Source: Vicinamibacterales bacterium
GTDB taxonomy: Bacteria > Acidobacteriota > Vicinamibacteria > Vicinamibacterales > UBA8438
Reading direction: 5' to 3'
NCBI GenBank assembly: GCA_965247955.1
Contig: OZ252042.1
Coordinates: forward strand, 2,032,323 to 2,096,322
Length of the DNA: 64,000 bases
Shown: positions 56,230-64,000 of the stretch, in pieces
How positions within the stretch are numbered: position 1 is the first letter of the stretch
Layout: the number at the start of each line of letters is the position of its first letter
Program-made: the position numbers and the translations under genes
The notes under the pieces: model-generated
What the model saw: only the letters and a program-made list of their open reading frames with translations
The model's database searches: none
What the model was told of the DNA's origin: nothing

Positions 56230-56661
56230 TTGGCTCTCTTGAATGATGTGGCAGCTGTCGCGCTCCTGCGAAACGACGGCTCGGTGTTGCTTCAACATCG
56301 AGACAATAAACCAGGATTAAATCATGCGGGCTTGTGGGTTCTTCCGGGTGGTCACCGTGAGCCTGGTGAAACCATAGAGCAATGTGCCAGACGAGAATTT
56401 GTCGAGGAGACAGCCTATTGGTGTGCTGACCTGCACTGGTTATTAAGCCGAGACGTACAGACAGACCTTGGCGATCGGTACAGGTTGACTGTGTTTTGGT
56501 CCCGTTACGATGATATGCAGCCAGTGAAATGTTTCGAGGGGCAAGACCTCCGATTTGTCGAACGAGTAGTGGCGTTAGAGTTACCGGCCCCAGAGTTTCT
56601 CGTTGAGCTATGGGATCGATCGATTACCGCAGCACAGACGTATCGTGCACGTGACCGATGA
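56230..56661 (+). CDS. NUDIX hydrolase
   Basis: Nudix box [23 protein letters not shown]. Confidence 0.75.
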   Translation: MALLNDVAAVALLRNDGSVLLQHRDNKPGLNHAGLWVLPGGHREPGETIEQCARREFVEETAYWCADLHWLLSRDVQTDLGDRYRLTVFWSRYDDMQPVKCFEGQDLRFVERVVALELPAPEFLVELWDRSITAAQTYRARDR

Positions 56662-57311
56662 GGGAAATCAATCTTCTGGATTCGTACCCACGAATCAAGC
56701 GTTCCCTTGCTGAGAATCGTTCGGCAAGCTTAGAGAATCGAGCAATCGCAAGGATGTTCGGGCGAGAATATTTCGATGGTGAACGCACGCAAGGCTACGG
56801 TGGTTATCGCTATGACGGTCGATGGATTGCAGTGGCTACCAGAATTAGGGACTTCTATGGTGTGACTGCTGGCGACCGGGTGTTGGATGTTGGGTGCGCA
56901 AAGGGATTTATGCTGCACGACCTGCGTCAGGTTATTCCAGGTATTAAGGTTTATGGCTTTGACCTTTCGGAGTACGCGATCCAGCAGTCCATGGAAGATG
57001 TCAGGTGTCGTCTGTCAGTCGGTAGCGCTGAACACCTGCCGTACGCAAATGACTCCTTCGATCTCGTTGTGTCCATCAACGCCATTCACAATCTTCCTAG
57101 GGTTCAATGCCTAGAGGCTGTCCGTGAGATTCAGCGAGTTAGTCGCCGCCACAAGTACATCCAAATTGATTCGTGGCTTAATGACGAACAACGGGAGAAT
57201 CTTGAGCGCTGGGTTCTCACGGCAGAAACGTACTTTGATCCTGAAGGATGGCGATCGTTATTCCGGCAAGCAGGATATACGGGGGACTACTATTGGACAC
57301 TTACCGAATGA
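56658..57311 (+). CDS. Class I SAM-dependent methyltransferase
   Basis: ...[11 protein letters not shown]...[10 protein letters not shown]...[13 protein letters not shown]. Confidence 0.75.
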   Translation: MREINLLDSYPRIKRSLAENRSASLENRAIARMFGREYFDGERTQGYGGYRYDGRWIAVATRIRDFYGVTAGDRVLDVGCAKGFMLHDLRQVIPGIKVYGFDLSEYAIQQSMEDVRCRLSVGSAEHLPYANDSFDLVVSINAIHNLPRVQCLEAVREIQRVSRRHKYIQIDSWLNDEQRENLERWVLTAETYFDPEGWRSLFRQAGYTGDYYWTLTE

Positions 57312-57375
57312 GCGCAGCACGGAAGACTCCGTTACGTTTCGGCGTTTCACAACGTCGTATGTGAGAGATAAATCT

Positions 57376-58368
57376 ATGCATGGAATGGACGATTCGAGTG
57401 TTGTCTCGCAGGTGCAAGTCGAGCTATATCGACAGATGTTACGCATCCGCATGCTTGAGGAAAAAATTGTCAAGCTGTACCCAGAGCAGGAAATGCGGTG
57501 CCCTGTTCACCTATCGATCGGCCAAGAGGCGCCCCCGGTCGGCGTCTGTGCGCACCTCGTGCCAGAGGACCTCGTCTTGAGCGCACATCGATCCCACGGG
57601 CACTATTTGGCGAAGGGGGGAAATCTTAAGGCGATGGTGGCCGAGCTCTACGGCAAGGCGACTGGGTGTTCGTCCGGTATTGGTGGTTCCATGCACCTAG
57701 TTGATCTCAATGCCGGTTTCTTGGGGGCCGTTCCCATCGTGGGTTCGACAATACCCATCGCCGTCGGTGCGGCATGGGGTTCGGTGTTGCAGCAGGAGTC
57801 GCGCGTGATCGTGAGCTTTTTCGGAGAAGCAGCCGTTGAGGAGGGCGTTTTTCACGAGGCAGCCAAGTTTGCAGCCGTTCGGAAGTTGCCGGTCGTGTTC
57901 GTATGCGAGAACAACCTGTATTCGGTGTATTCGCCGCTATCTGTCCGTTGCCCAGATGAAACTGAGGTATCAGATATTGCGAAGGGGCACGGAATCTGGA
58001 CACGTCGGTCTGATGGAAATAATGTGATTGGTGTGTATGCGCTGGCGGATGAAGCCATTGGTCGAGCACGTGCCGGCCTTGGCCCCTCGTTTCTTGAGTT
58101 CATGACCTATCGATGGATGGAGCACTGTGGTCCCAATTATGACAACGACCTTGGCTATCGAACTGTAGCTGAATTTGAGGAGTGGAAACAGCGTTGTCCT
58201 ATCAAACGCATGGAGAGATATCTTAGTGAAAACGGCCTGGTTACTTCGGATGAACACGTTCAGCTGAAAACTGATCTAGAGAGTGAAATCGAAGAAGCCT
58301 TCGAATCCGCCAAGCGCGCGCCGTTTCCAGCTGCCGGACAACTCATGGCGAACGTCTACGCGGGTTAA
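57376..58368 (+). CDS. ThDP-dependent dehydrogenase E1 component, alpha subunit
   Basis: ...HLSIGQEA...SAHRSHGHYLAKG...GGSMH...FFGEAAVEEGVFHEAAKFAAVRKLPVVFVCENNLYS... Confidence 0.8.
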   Translation: MHGMDDSSVVSQVQVELYRQMLRIRMLEEKIVKLYPEQEMRCPVHLSIGQEAPPVGVCAHLVPEDLVLSAHRSHGHYLAKGGNLKAMVAELYGKATGCSSGIGGSMHLVDLNAGFLGAVPIVGSTIPIAVGAAWGSVLQQESRVIVSFFGEAAVEEGVFHEAAKFAAVRKLPVVFVCENNLYSVYSPLSVRCPDETEVSDIAKGHGIWTRRSDGNNVIGVYALADEAIGRARAGLGPSFLEFMTYRWMEHCGPNYDNDLGYRTVAEFEEWKQRCPIKRMERYLSENGLVTSDEHVQLKTDLESEIEEAFESAKRAPFPAAGQLMANVYAG

Positions 58369-58382
58369 TTGCGTTACTAGTG

Positions 58383-59444
58383 ATGGATAGACAGCTCAAG
58401 TTCTGGGAAGCCATTCATGAAGCCACCGATTTATGCATGGCGAAGGATGGGTCCGTGCATCTCTTTGGTCTCGGTGTGCCAGACCCGAAGGGAGTCTTTG
58501 GTACGACAGCCGGTCTCCAGGAGAAATACGGAACCGATCGTGTGACCGACATGCCGGCTTCAGAGAATGGGATGACCGGTGTTGCTATCGGATCCGCCCT
58601 AATGGGAGCGCGTCCGATCATGGTTCACCAGCGACTCGATTTTGCCCTGCTCGCGCTGGAACAGATTGTCAATCAGGCGGCGAAATGGCACTACATGTTC
58701 TCTGGTCAAATGCGGGTGCCGCTCGTTATTCGAATGCTCATCGGTCGTGGGTGGGGACAAGGGCCGCAGCATTCGCAGAGTCTGCACAGTTGGTTCGCAC
58801 ATATTCCGGGCTTGCGGGTTGTGATGCCAGCGACACCATATGATGCCAAGGGCTTACTGATTGCGAGCGTTGAGGATGACAACCCCGTTATTTGCTTAGA
58901 GCATCGGTGGCTGTACAACGTCAGTGGTCCGGTTCCTGAGTCGGTCTATCGTGTTCCACTGGGTGAGGCACGCGTATTGCGACAGGGAAGCGATCTGACG
59001 ATTGTGTCGTGTTCATATATGACGCTTGAAGCGCTCCGCGCGGCTGATGCCTTAGTGACGGTCGGTGTCGAGACTGAGGTGATTGACCTGCGTTCGATTC
59101 GACCTTGGGATGAACGCCTGGTCCTTGATTCTGTTCGAAAGACCGGCCGTCTACTTGTTGTTGACATGAGTTGGAAAACCATGGGATTCGGGGCCGAGGT
59201 AGTGGCCACTGTTGCTGAACGTCTATGGGGGGTGCTCAGAACGCCACCGCGCCGACTTGGCTTTCCGGAATGTCCGGTACCGACGTCACCGGCGCTGGCA
59301 CAGCACTATTACCCGCGCGCGGTCGATGTGTTGACTGTTGCGACCGAAATCATGCAATTAGAGAGTGTTCCATTACTGGTGCTGCCAGACGAGGATGGTC
59401 AGCCACTTGATGTTCCTGACCCGAGTTTTTCAGGTCCCTTCTAG
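58383..59444 (+). CDS. ThDP-dependent dehydrogenase E1 component, beta subunit
   Basis: ...RVTDMPASENGMTGVAIGSALMGARPI...GQGPQHSQSLHSWFAHIPGLRVVMPATPYDAKGLL... Confidence 0.8.
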   Translation: MDRQLKFWEAIHEATDLCMAKDGSVHLFGLGVPDPKGVFGTTAGLQEKYGTDRVTDMPASENGMTGVAIGSALMGARPIMVHQRLDFALLALEQIVNQAAKWHYMFSGQMRVPLVIRMLIGRGWGQGPQHSQSLHSWFAHIPGLRVVMPATPYDAKGLLIASVEDDNPVICLEHRWLYNVSGPVPESVYRVPLGEARVLRQGSDLTIVSCSYMTLEALRAADALVTVGVETEVIDLRSIRPWDERLVLDSVRKTGRLLVVDMSWKTMGFGAEVVATVAERLWGVLRTPPRRLGFPECPVPTSPALAQHYYPRAVDVLTVATEIMQLESVPLLVLPDEDGQPLDVPDPSFSGPF

Positions 59445-59511
59445 TGACTAGCCTGCTGGTGAGGTGCCGTCAACGATAACGAAATTAAACTTTAGTTAAG
59501 GAGCATAACGA

Positions 59512-60502
59512 TTGAAGACGTACGTGATTCTTGGCGGCAACGGAGTATTTGGTGTGCACACGGCACAGTACCTATTAGAACAGGACGATACACGCTCAGT
59601 CATTTGCGTGGGGCGGAACTCAGAAAAACCAGAGGCATAACTCGTTAGGGCTTGGTCGAGGCGACTCGCGATACGAATACCACCAGATCCACCTCGTGTA
59701 CGAGCAGGATCGCTTATTTGAGTTGTTCGATCGAGCCAAGCCAGAAGTCATCATGAACTTTGCGGCTTTAGCGCACGGCGCGTCATGGACGAAGTCGTGG
59801 CGCTTTTACGACAGTAACGTCACGGCGCTCGCCAAAATCGTCGAGGGGTTAAGCGAGCGTGACTATCTTCGGCGCTATATCCAGGTGGGCAGCTCTGAAC
59901 TCTACGGGGACGTTGATGCGCCGGCCGGAGAAGATGCACCGCTTCGGCCGAATAGTCCCTACGGCGTATCTAAGATGGCTGGAGACCTGCACCTGCTTTC
60001 GATGTTCAATGTGCGTCAGTTCCCAATGAACATCATCCGTCCATCCAACGCCTACGGGGAAGGGCAGCAGATGTATCGCGTGGTACCACGTGCCGTCGTT
60101 GCCGGTTTGACGAATCGAAAGATTCCGCTCCAAGGTGGCGGCAGGGCACGGAAATCGTACTTTCACGCAAGAGATCTAGCCGTTGCGCTTTATCTCATGG
60201 TGCAGAAGGCACCCTTAGGTCGAATTTACAATGTTGGCCCACCAGAACCAATTTCCATTCGGGATCTAGTCGCGGGCGTCGCGCGTGCGCTCGGTATGCC
60301 CTTCGAAGAGTTGTGTGAAGTAACACCGGGTCGTGAAGGAGAAGACTCACAGTACTGGCTGGATAGTTCGGCGATTAAGCAAGATCTCGGATGGGAACAA
60401 CAGATCAGCCTTGAGGATGGCCTTGGACGAATGGTCCGATGGGGTCAAGTGCATCTCGACTTCTTGCGTGACGAGTCCGCTGAGTTTGTTCTTCGAGCAT
60501 GA
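59512..60502 (+). pseudogene. NAD-dependent sugar epimerase/dehydratase (SDR) with a frameshift near 59638
   Basis: RBS taaggag plus TTG 59512: MKTYVILGGNGVFGVHTAQYLL...GRNSEKPEA*. It continues in the next frame as NSLGLGRGDSRYEYHQIHLVYEQD...SSELYG...YGVSK. Confidence 0.7.
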
Positions 60503-60507
60503 GTTAA

Positions 60508-61608
60508 ATGGCATTCGATGTTCGCTACGTAAGTTTGGCGCCGCGCGAGCCGGAACTCAGGTCCGAGCTATTGCAGCTATTTGAGCAGGTGATCGATAGC
60601 GGGCAATTCATTCTGGGTCCTGAGGTGTCGGCATTCGAGCAGTGGTTCGCCGACTATTGTGGCGTGCGACATGCGGTCGGGGTGGCGAGCGGTACTGCTG
60701 CTTTGGAGTTAACGCTTGAAGCGTTAGGCCTATCGGATGGAGATGAAGTCATCACTGCACCGAATTCCTTTATTGCGTCAGCATCAGCAATCGCGCGGGT
60801 GGGTGGGCGTCCAGTGTTTGCGGATGTCGGATCGGACATGAATCTCGATCCATCGGCGATCGAAGCAGTGATGTCGCCGCGAACTCGAGGGGTTGTTCCG
60901 GTTCACCTCACCGGGCGTCCTGCTCGAATGCCTGAGATCATGGAAGTGGCGGCTCGGCATGACGCGTTTGTGCTCGAAGATGCTGCACAGGCCGTTGGTG
61001 CAAAGTTGGGCGGGCGCCCTGTTGGTAGCTGGGGACGCGCTGCAGCGTTCAGCCTGCACCCCCTGAAGAACCTGCATGCATTCGGAGATGCCGGGATCGT
61101 GACAACGAACGACCCCGATCTCACTGAACGCCTGGTTCGTGCTCGGAGTCACGGGCTCCGCGATCGAAACACCTGTGAGTTCTGGAGCAGCAATGAGCGA
61201 CTGGACGCGTTACAGGCAGCGTTCTTGCGGATTCAGTCTGGCTATCTGGAGGCGTGGACTGAAGAGCGCCGGCGACTGGCCTTGAGGTACAACGGAGCCC
61301 TTGCGTCGTCCGTAACCGTTCCCACTGAGGGTTCCGGTGAACGTCACGTTTACCAAACGTACGTCATTCAATGCGACCGACGCGACGACCTGCAGCGACA
61401 CCTTCGGTCCAACGGCGTCGAGGTAATCGTGCATTATCCGGTTCCCATTCACAGACAGCCGGCGGCCCGGTCGTTGGGTTATGGTCCTGATGCTTTTCCT
61501 GTCGTCAGCCAACAGGCTGAGCGTATTTTGAGCCTGCCACTCTATCCCGGACTGACGACCGCTGATCAGGATCGAGTGATTGAGCTGATCACGGGGTTTT
61601 ATCGATGA
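60508..61608 (+). CDS. DegT/DnrJ/EryC1/StrS-family sugar aminotransferase
   Basis: ...GPEVSAFEQWFADYCGVRHAVGVASGTAALEL...AAFSLHPLKNL (PLP Lys). Confidence 0.85.
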   Translation: MAFDVRYVSLAPREPELRSELLQLFEQVIDSGQFILGPEVSAFEQWFADYCGVRHAVGVASGTAALELTLEALGLSDGDEVITAPNSFIASASAIARVGGRPVFADVGSDMNLDPSAIEAVMSPRTRGVVPVHLTGRPARMPEIMEVAARHDAFVLEDAAQAVGAKLGGRPVGSWGRAAAFSLHPLKNLHAFGDAGIVTTNDPDLTERLVRARSHGLRDRNTCEFWSSNERLDALQAAFLRIQSGYLEAWTEERRRLALRYNGALASSVTVPTEGSGERHVYQTYVIQCDRRDDLQRHLRSNGVEVIVHYPVPIHRQPAARSLGYGPDAFPVVSQQAERILSLPLYPGLTTADQDRVIELITGFYR

Positions 61609-62735
61609 CTGACGACAGCCCCAGTGCTGTGACGCCCGTTCGGTACGCATATCTGGACCAACAATTCTCAGACGTCGACGCGTATTTTAAGGACCTGCGC
61701 GAGTGGGTATCGACCGGCGAGTTCACCATCGGTCCCTATGTGGAGGCGTTCGAGCAAAAGTTTGCGGAATACATCGGCGTGAAATACGCGGTTGGCACGA
61801 ACACCGGCACGGGTGCGTTAATTCTTGCGCTTCGGGCCGCCGGAATCGGGCGTGGAGATGAGGTCATCACGGTCCCCAACACGTTCGTTGCGACAGTCGG
61901 GGCCATCGTTGCGGTTGGTGCGACGCCGGTGTTCGTGGATTGCGACGACCGTTATCAAATCGACGTCGATCGCATTCCAGCGGCGGTGACGTCACGCACG
62001 AAGGCGATCGTTCCGGTGCATTGGGCCGGGTGTCCCTGTGACATTGAGCGCGTCATGGACATTGCGAGCGAACACCAACTTAAAGTAGTGGAAGATGCGT
62101 GCCCTGCCGTCGGGGCGAAGGTTAATGGTCGGTGTGTGGGCACGTTCGGCCACGTCAACGCATTTAGCATGCATCCGTTGAAGCCACTCAATGTTTGGGG
62201 AGACGGTGGAATTGTCGTGACTAACGACAAAAAAACTGCCACGTGGTTGCGGTTATATCGCAATCATGGTCTGACCGACCGTGATCATGTGACGTTTTGG
62301 GGGGTCAACGAAAGACTGCAGCCCGTCCAAGCCATTATTGCGAGTCGACTCTTAGATTCGATGGAAACGCTGATCGCAAGGCGTAATGAAAATGCGAGGC
62401 AATTGGATGAGGGGCTGCGTGACCTGGTCGGTCACATCTCACCACCGGACCGACCGCCAAAATATCGCGAGGTGTATCAACTCTACCTCGTTCGTGCTAC
62501 GCGTCGAGATGCACTGATGGAGCATCTGACGAGCCGTGGTGTCGAATGTCGCGTGCATTATCCCATTCCGCTTCACCTTCAGGACGCTGCGAAGGATCTC
62601 GGCTACCGAGTCGGGTCGTTTCCTGCGTGTGAACAACAAGCCTCTGAAATACTCACCATTCCAGCGCATCAGCACGTTACCCGCCAGCAGTTGGACTACG
62701 TACTCGAGTGCGTGCACGCGTTCTATCGGGAATAG
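61605..62735 (+). CDS. DegT/DnrJ/EryC1/StrS-family sugar aminotransferase (second paralogue)
   Basis: ...GPYVEAFEQKFAEYIGVKYAVGTNTGTGALIL...NAFSMHPLKPL. ATGA overlap. Confidence 0.85.
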   Translation: MTDDSPSAVTPVRYAYLDQQFSDVDAYFKDLREWVSTGEFTIGPYVEAFEQKFAEYIGVKYAVGTNTGTGALILALRAAGIGRGDEVITVPNTFVATVGAIVAVGATPVFVDCDDRYQIDVDRIPAAVTSRTKAIVPVHWAGCPCDIERVMDIASEHQLKVVEDACPAVGAKVNGRCVGTFGHVNAFSMHPLKPLNVWGDGGIVVTNDKKTATWLRLYRNHGLTDRDHVTFWGVNERLQPVQAIIASRLLDSMETLIARRNENARQLDEGLRDLVGHISPPDRPPKYREVYQLYLVRATRRDALMEHLTSRGVECRVHYPIPLHLQDAAKDLGYRVGSFPACEQQASEILTIPAHQHVTRQQLDYVLECVHAFYRE

Positions 62736-62771
62736 CGTGAGGAGGTAGAGCGGCTCCTCGAGAAGCATGTC

Positions 62772-64000
62772 GTGGGTTACTCTGATTATTTACGAAAGAT
62801 ATCGGTTGGCGGTCAGCCGGCGCTGCTCTGTCGCCCGTCGGGTCGCCACTATGGGCACTGCGCCCTTGAGCTATTAATGGCCTTCACGTTCAGTCGTCTT
62901 ACCGGTATGCGGGTGTATGTTGTGCAGCCAAACCCCGTCGTGAATTCGTCGCTCTTCGAAGTTAGAGCCGATGAAGTCGACATCGTGCACTGTGCCGGTT
63001 GGCGATCACTGCGGCTCAAACTGCGATGGAAACTTAAAGCATTCGAGGTGTTCGCGGTTGCACTATCAACCGAGTTGGCTTATGAGGCGCACTGGTACGC
63101 GCAGCGGAAATACTTTCCAGCCTTACTGATTCGTTGGTGCAAGGCGAGCACTCGTTGGTTCGATGCTCTGGGAAAAGGCAGCTTCGAATATAAAGCCACG
63201 AAAGGCACATCTCATAATCCTTATAAGAACATGGCAAAGCTGCTCGACGATCTCGGCTCGCCTGTTGACATCGATGGATTGATTGGCCAAGCCATGGACG
63301 AGGTTCATCAAGCCAAGAACACGAAACTTTACTTATTCCGTCGCAACATCGAGCAACCACTCAACACGTATTTGCCGGCCGATATGTGCGCTGATCTTCG
63401 AGAGCGTTTGAGCCAACTGGGGATACAACCCGCAACGAAGATGGTGACGGTTCATGCGCGTGAATCTGGATTTCATCAGGGTGAAGAAATACAAGATGCG
63501 AGCGTCATCTTGTTGGAAGGCCGAAAGTTGGGACGCCGAAAATTTAATAATCGGACCGATATCGTGAGGAACGCAAGAATCGATTCGTACTCGCAAGCTA
63601 TCGACTACCTTGTTAATGAAGGATACGCCGTGGTGCGTCTAGGTGACCCACTCATGGAGCCTTACCACAGGGCTGGGCTATTCGATCTGGCGACATCGCC
63701 CATACGCACGCCTGCCCTGGAGCTATATTGCTTGTTACAGAGCGAGTTCGTTCTGTGTGGAGAGTCCGGTCCTTATTCGGTGAGCTATCTCACCAACACG
63801 CCGTCGGTTCTAGTGAATGCTACGGATCCGATTAGTGGGTATCCGGTTCGCAAGGATCGTCTTTATATTCTTAAACGAGTCCACGATCGTTCAACCGGTC
63901 AGCCGCTTCGACTCAACGACATGTTGACACATCGATACCTCAGCAAGATGCGGCAGATAATCTTATTCCAGTATGTAGACAACACTTCAGATGAGATCTT
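62772..64000 (+). CDS. Glycosyltransferase-like protein, partial (runs off the window end); absent from the ORF track
   Basis: Frame 0 is open from the TAG at 62733-62735 to position 64000. First start GTG 62772. ...VTVHARESGF...NARIDSYSQAIDYLVNEGYAVVRLGDP...LYCLLQSEFVLCGESGP... resembles an uncharacterised GT family. Confidence 0.6.
   Translation, partial: MGYSDYLRKISVGGQPALLCRPSGRHYGHCALELLMAFTFSRLTGMRVYVVQPNPVVNSSLFEVRADEVDIVHCAGWRSLRLKLRWKLKAFEVFAVALSTELAYEAHWYAQRKYFPALLIRWCKASTRWFDALGKGSFEYKATKGTSHNPYKNMAKLLDDLGSPVDIDGLIGQAMDEVHQAKNTKLYLFRRNIEQPLNTYLPADMCADLRERLSQLGIQPATKMVTVHARESGFHQGEEIQDASVILLEGRKLGRRKFNNRTDIVRNARIDSYSQAIDYLVNEGYAVVRLGDPLMEPYHRAGLFDLATSPIRTPALELYCLLQSEFVLCGESGPYSVSYLTNTPSVLVNATDPISGYPVRKDRLYILKRVHDRSTGQPLRLNDMLTHRYLSKMRQIILFQYVDNTSDEI

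Overview
The window has two parts, and all family calls come from reading the translations by eye; no searches were run.

**Positions 1 to ~36.9 kb: a composite, visibly decayed siphovirus-like prophage region.** It is very GC-rich, roughly two-thirds G+C by eye, not computed.
- The order is an early/replication module, then HNH, TerS, a HigB/HigA-like toxin-antitoxin pair, TerL, portal, ClpP-like protease and an HK97-type capsid gene.
- After the capsid gene come a tape measure, tail and fibre genes, a secreted/lipoprotein moron cassette, and holin plus GH108 endolysin.
- The region ends at a 45-nt 3' fragment of tRNA-Asp(GTC), which looks like a displaced att half-site.

**The most unusual feature is a ~9.5 kb island (15658-25113) sitting inside the prophage major capsid gene.**
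- It carries a P4-type integrase and is flanked by a 14-bp direct repeat (25 bp if a 57-bp interruption is allowed).
- It has its own TerL-like/HNH/capsid-like module and a remnant RecA-like ATPase.
- It also carries a nested copA/copB copper-resistance cassette.
- A second, diverged copy of the TerL-like/HNH/capsid-N-terminus module follows about 120 bp further on and is fused by deletion to the middle of the tape-measure gene.

**Positions ~37 to 64 kb: host chromosome, lower GC.** It carries holB, a PSP1-domain gene, pdxA and smpB, then a long glycan-biosynthesis cluster.
- The cluster includes rmlD, an ArnT-like membrane transferase, two nucleotide-sugar dehydrogenases, and a gmhA/gmhB/transaldolase/hldE-like heptose branch.
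- It also includes several SDR enzymes, Gfo/Idh/MocA, NUDIX and methyltransferase genes, a ThDP-dependent E1 alpha/beta pair and two DegT aminotransferases.
- A glycosyltransferase-like ORF runs off the window end and is absent from the ORF track.

**Gene disruptions occur across both parts.** I see four clear in-frame stops plus one probable (TGA, TAA and TAG all represented) and at least eight frameshifts, several of them at homopolymer runs. This points to either low consensus quality or genuine gene decay.

No CRISPR array, rRNA gene or intact tRNA gene was seen.
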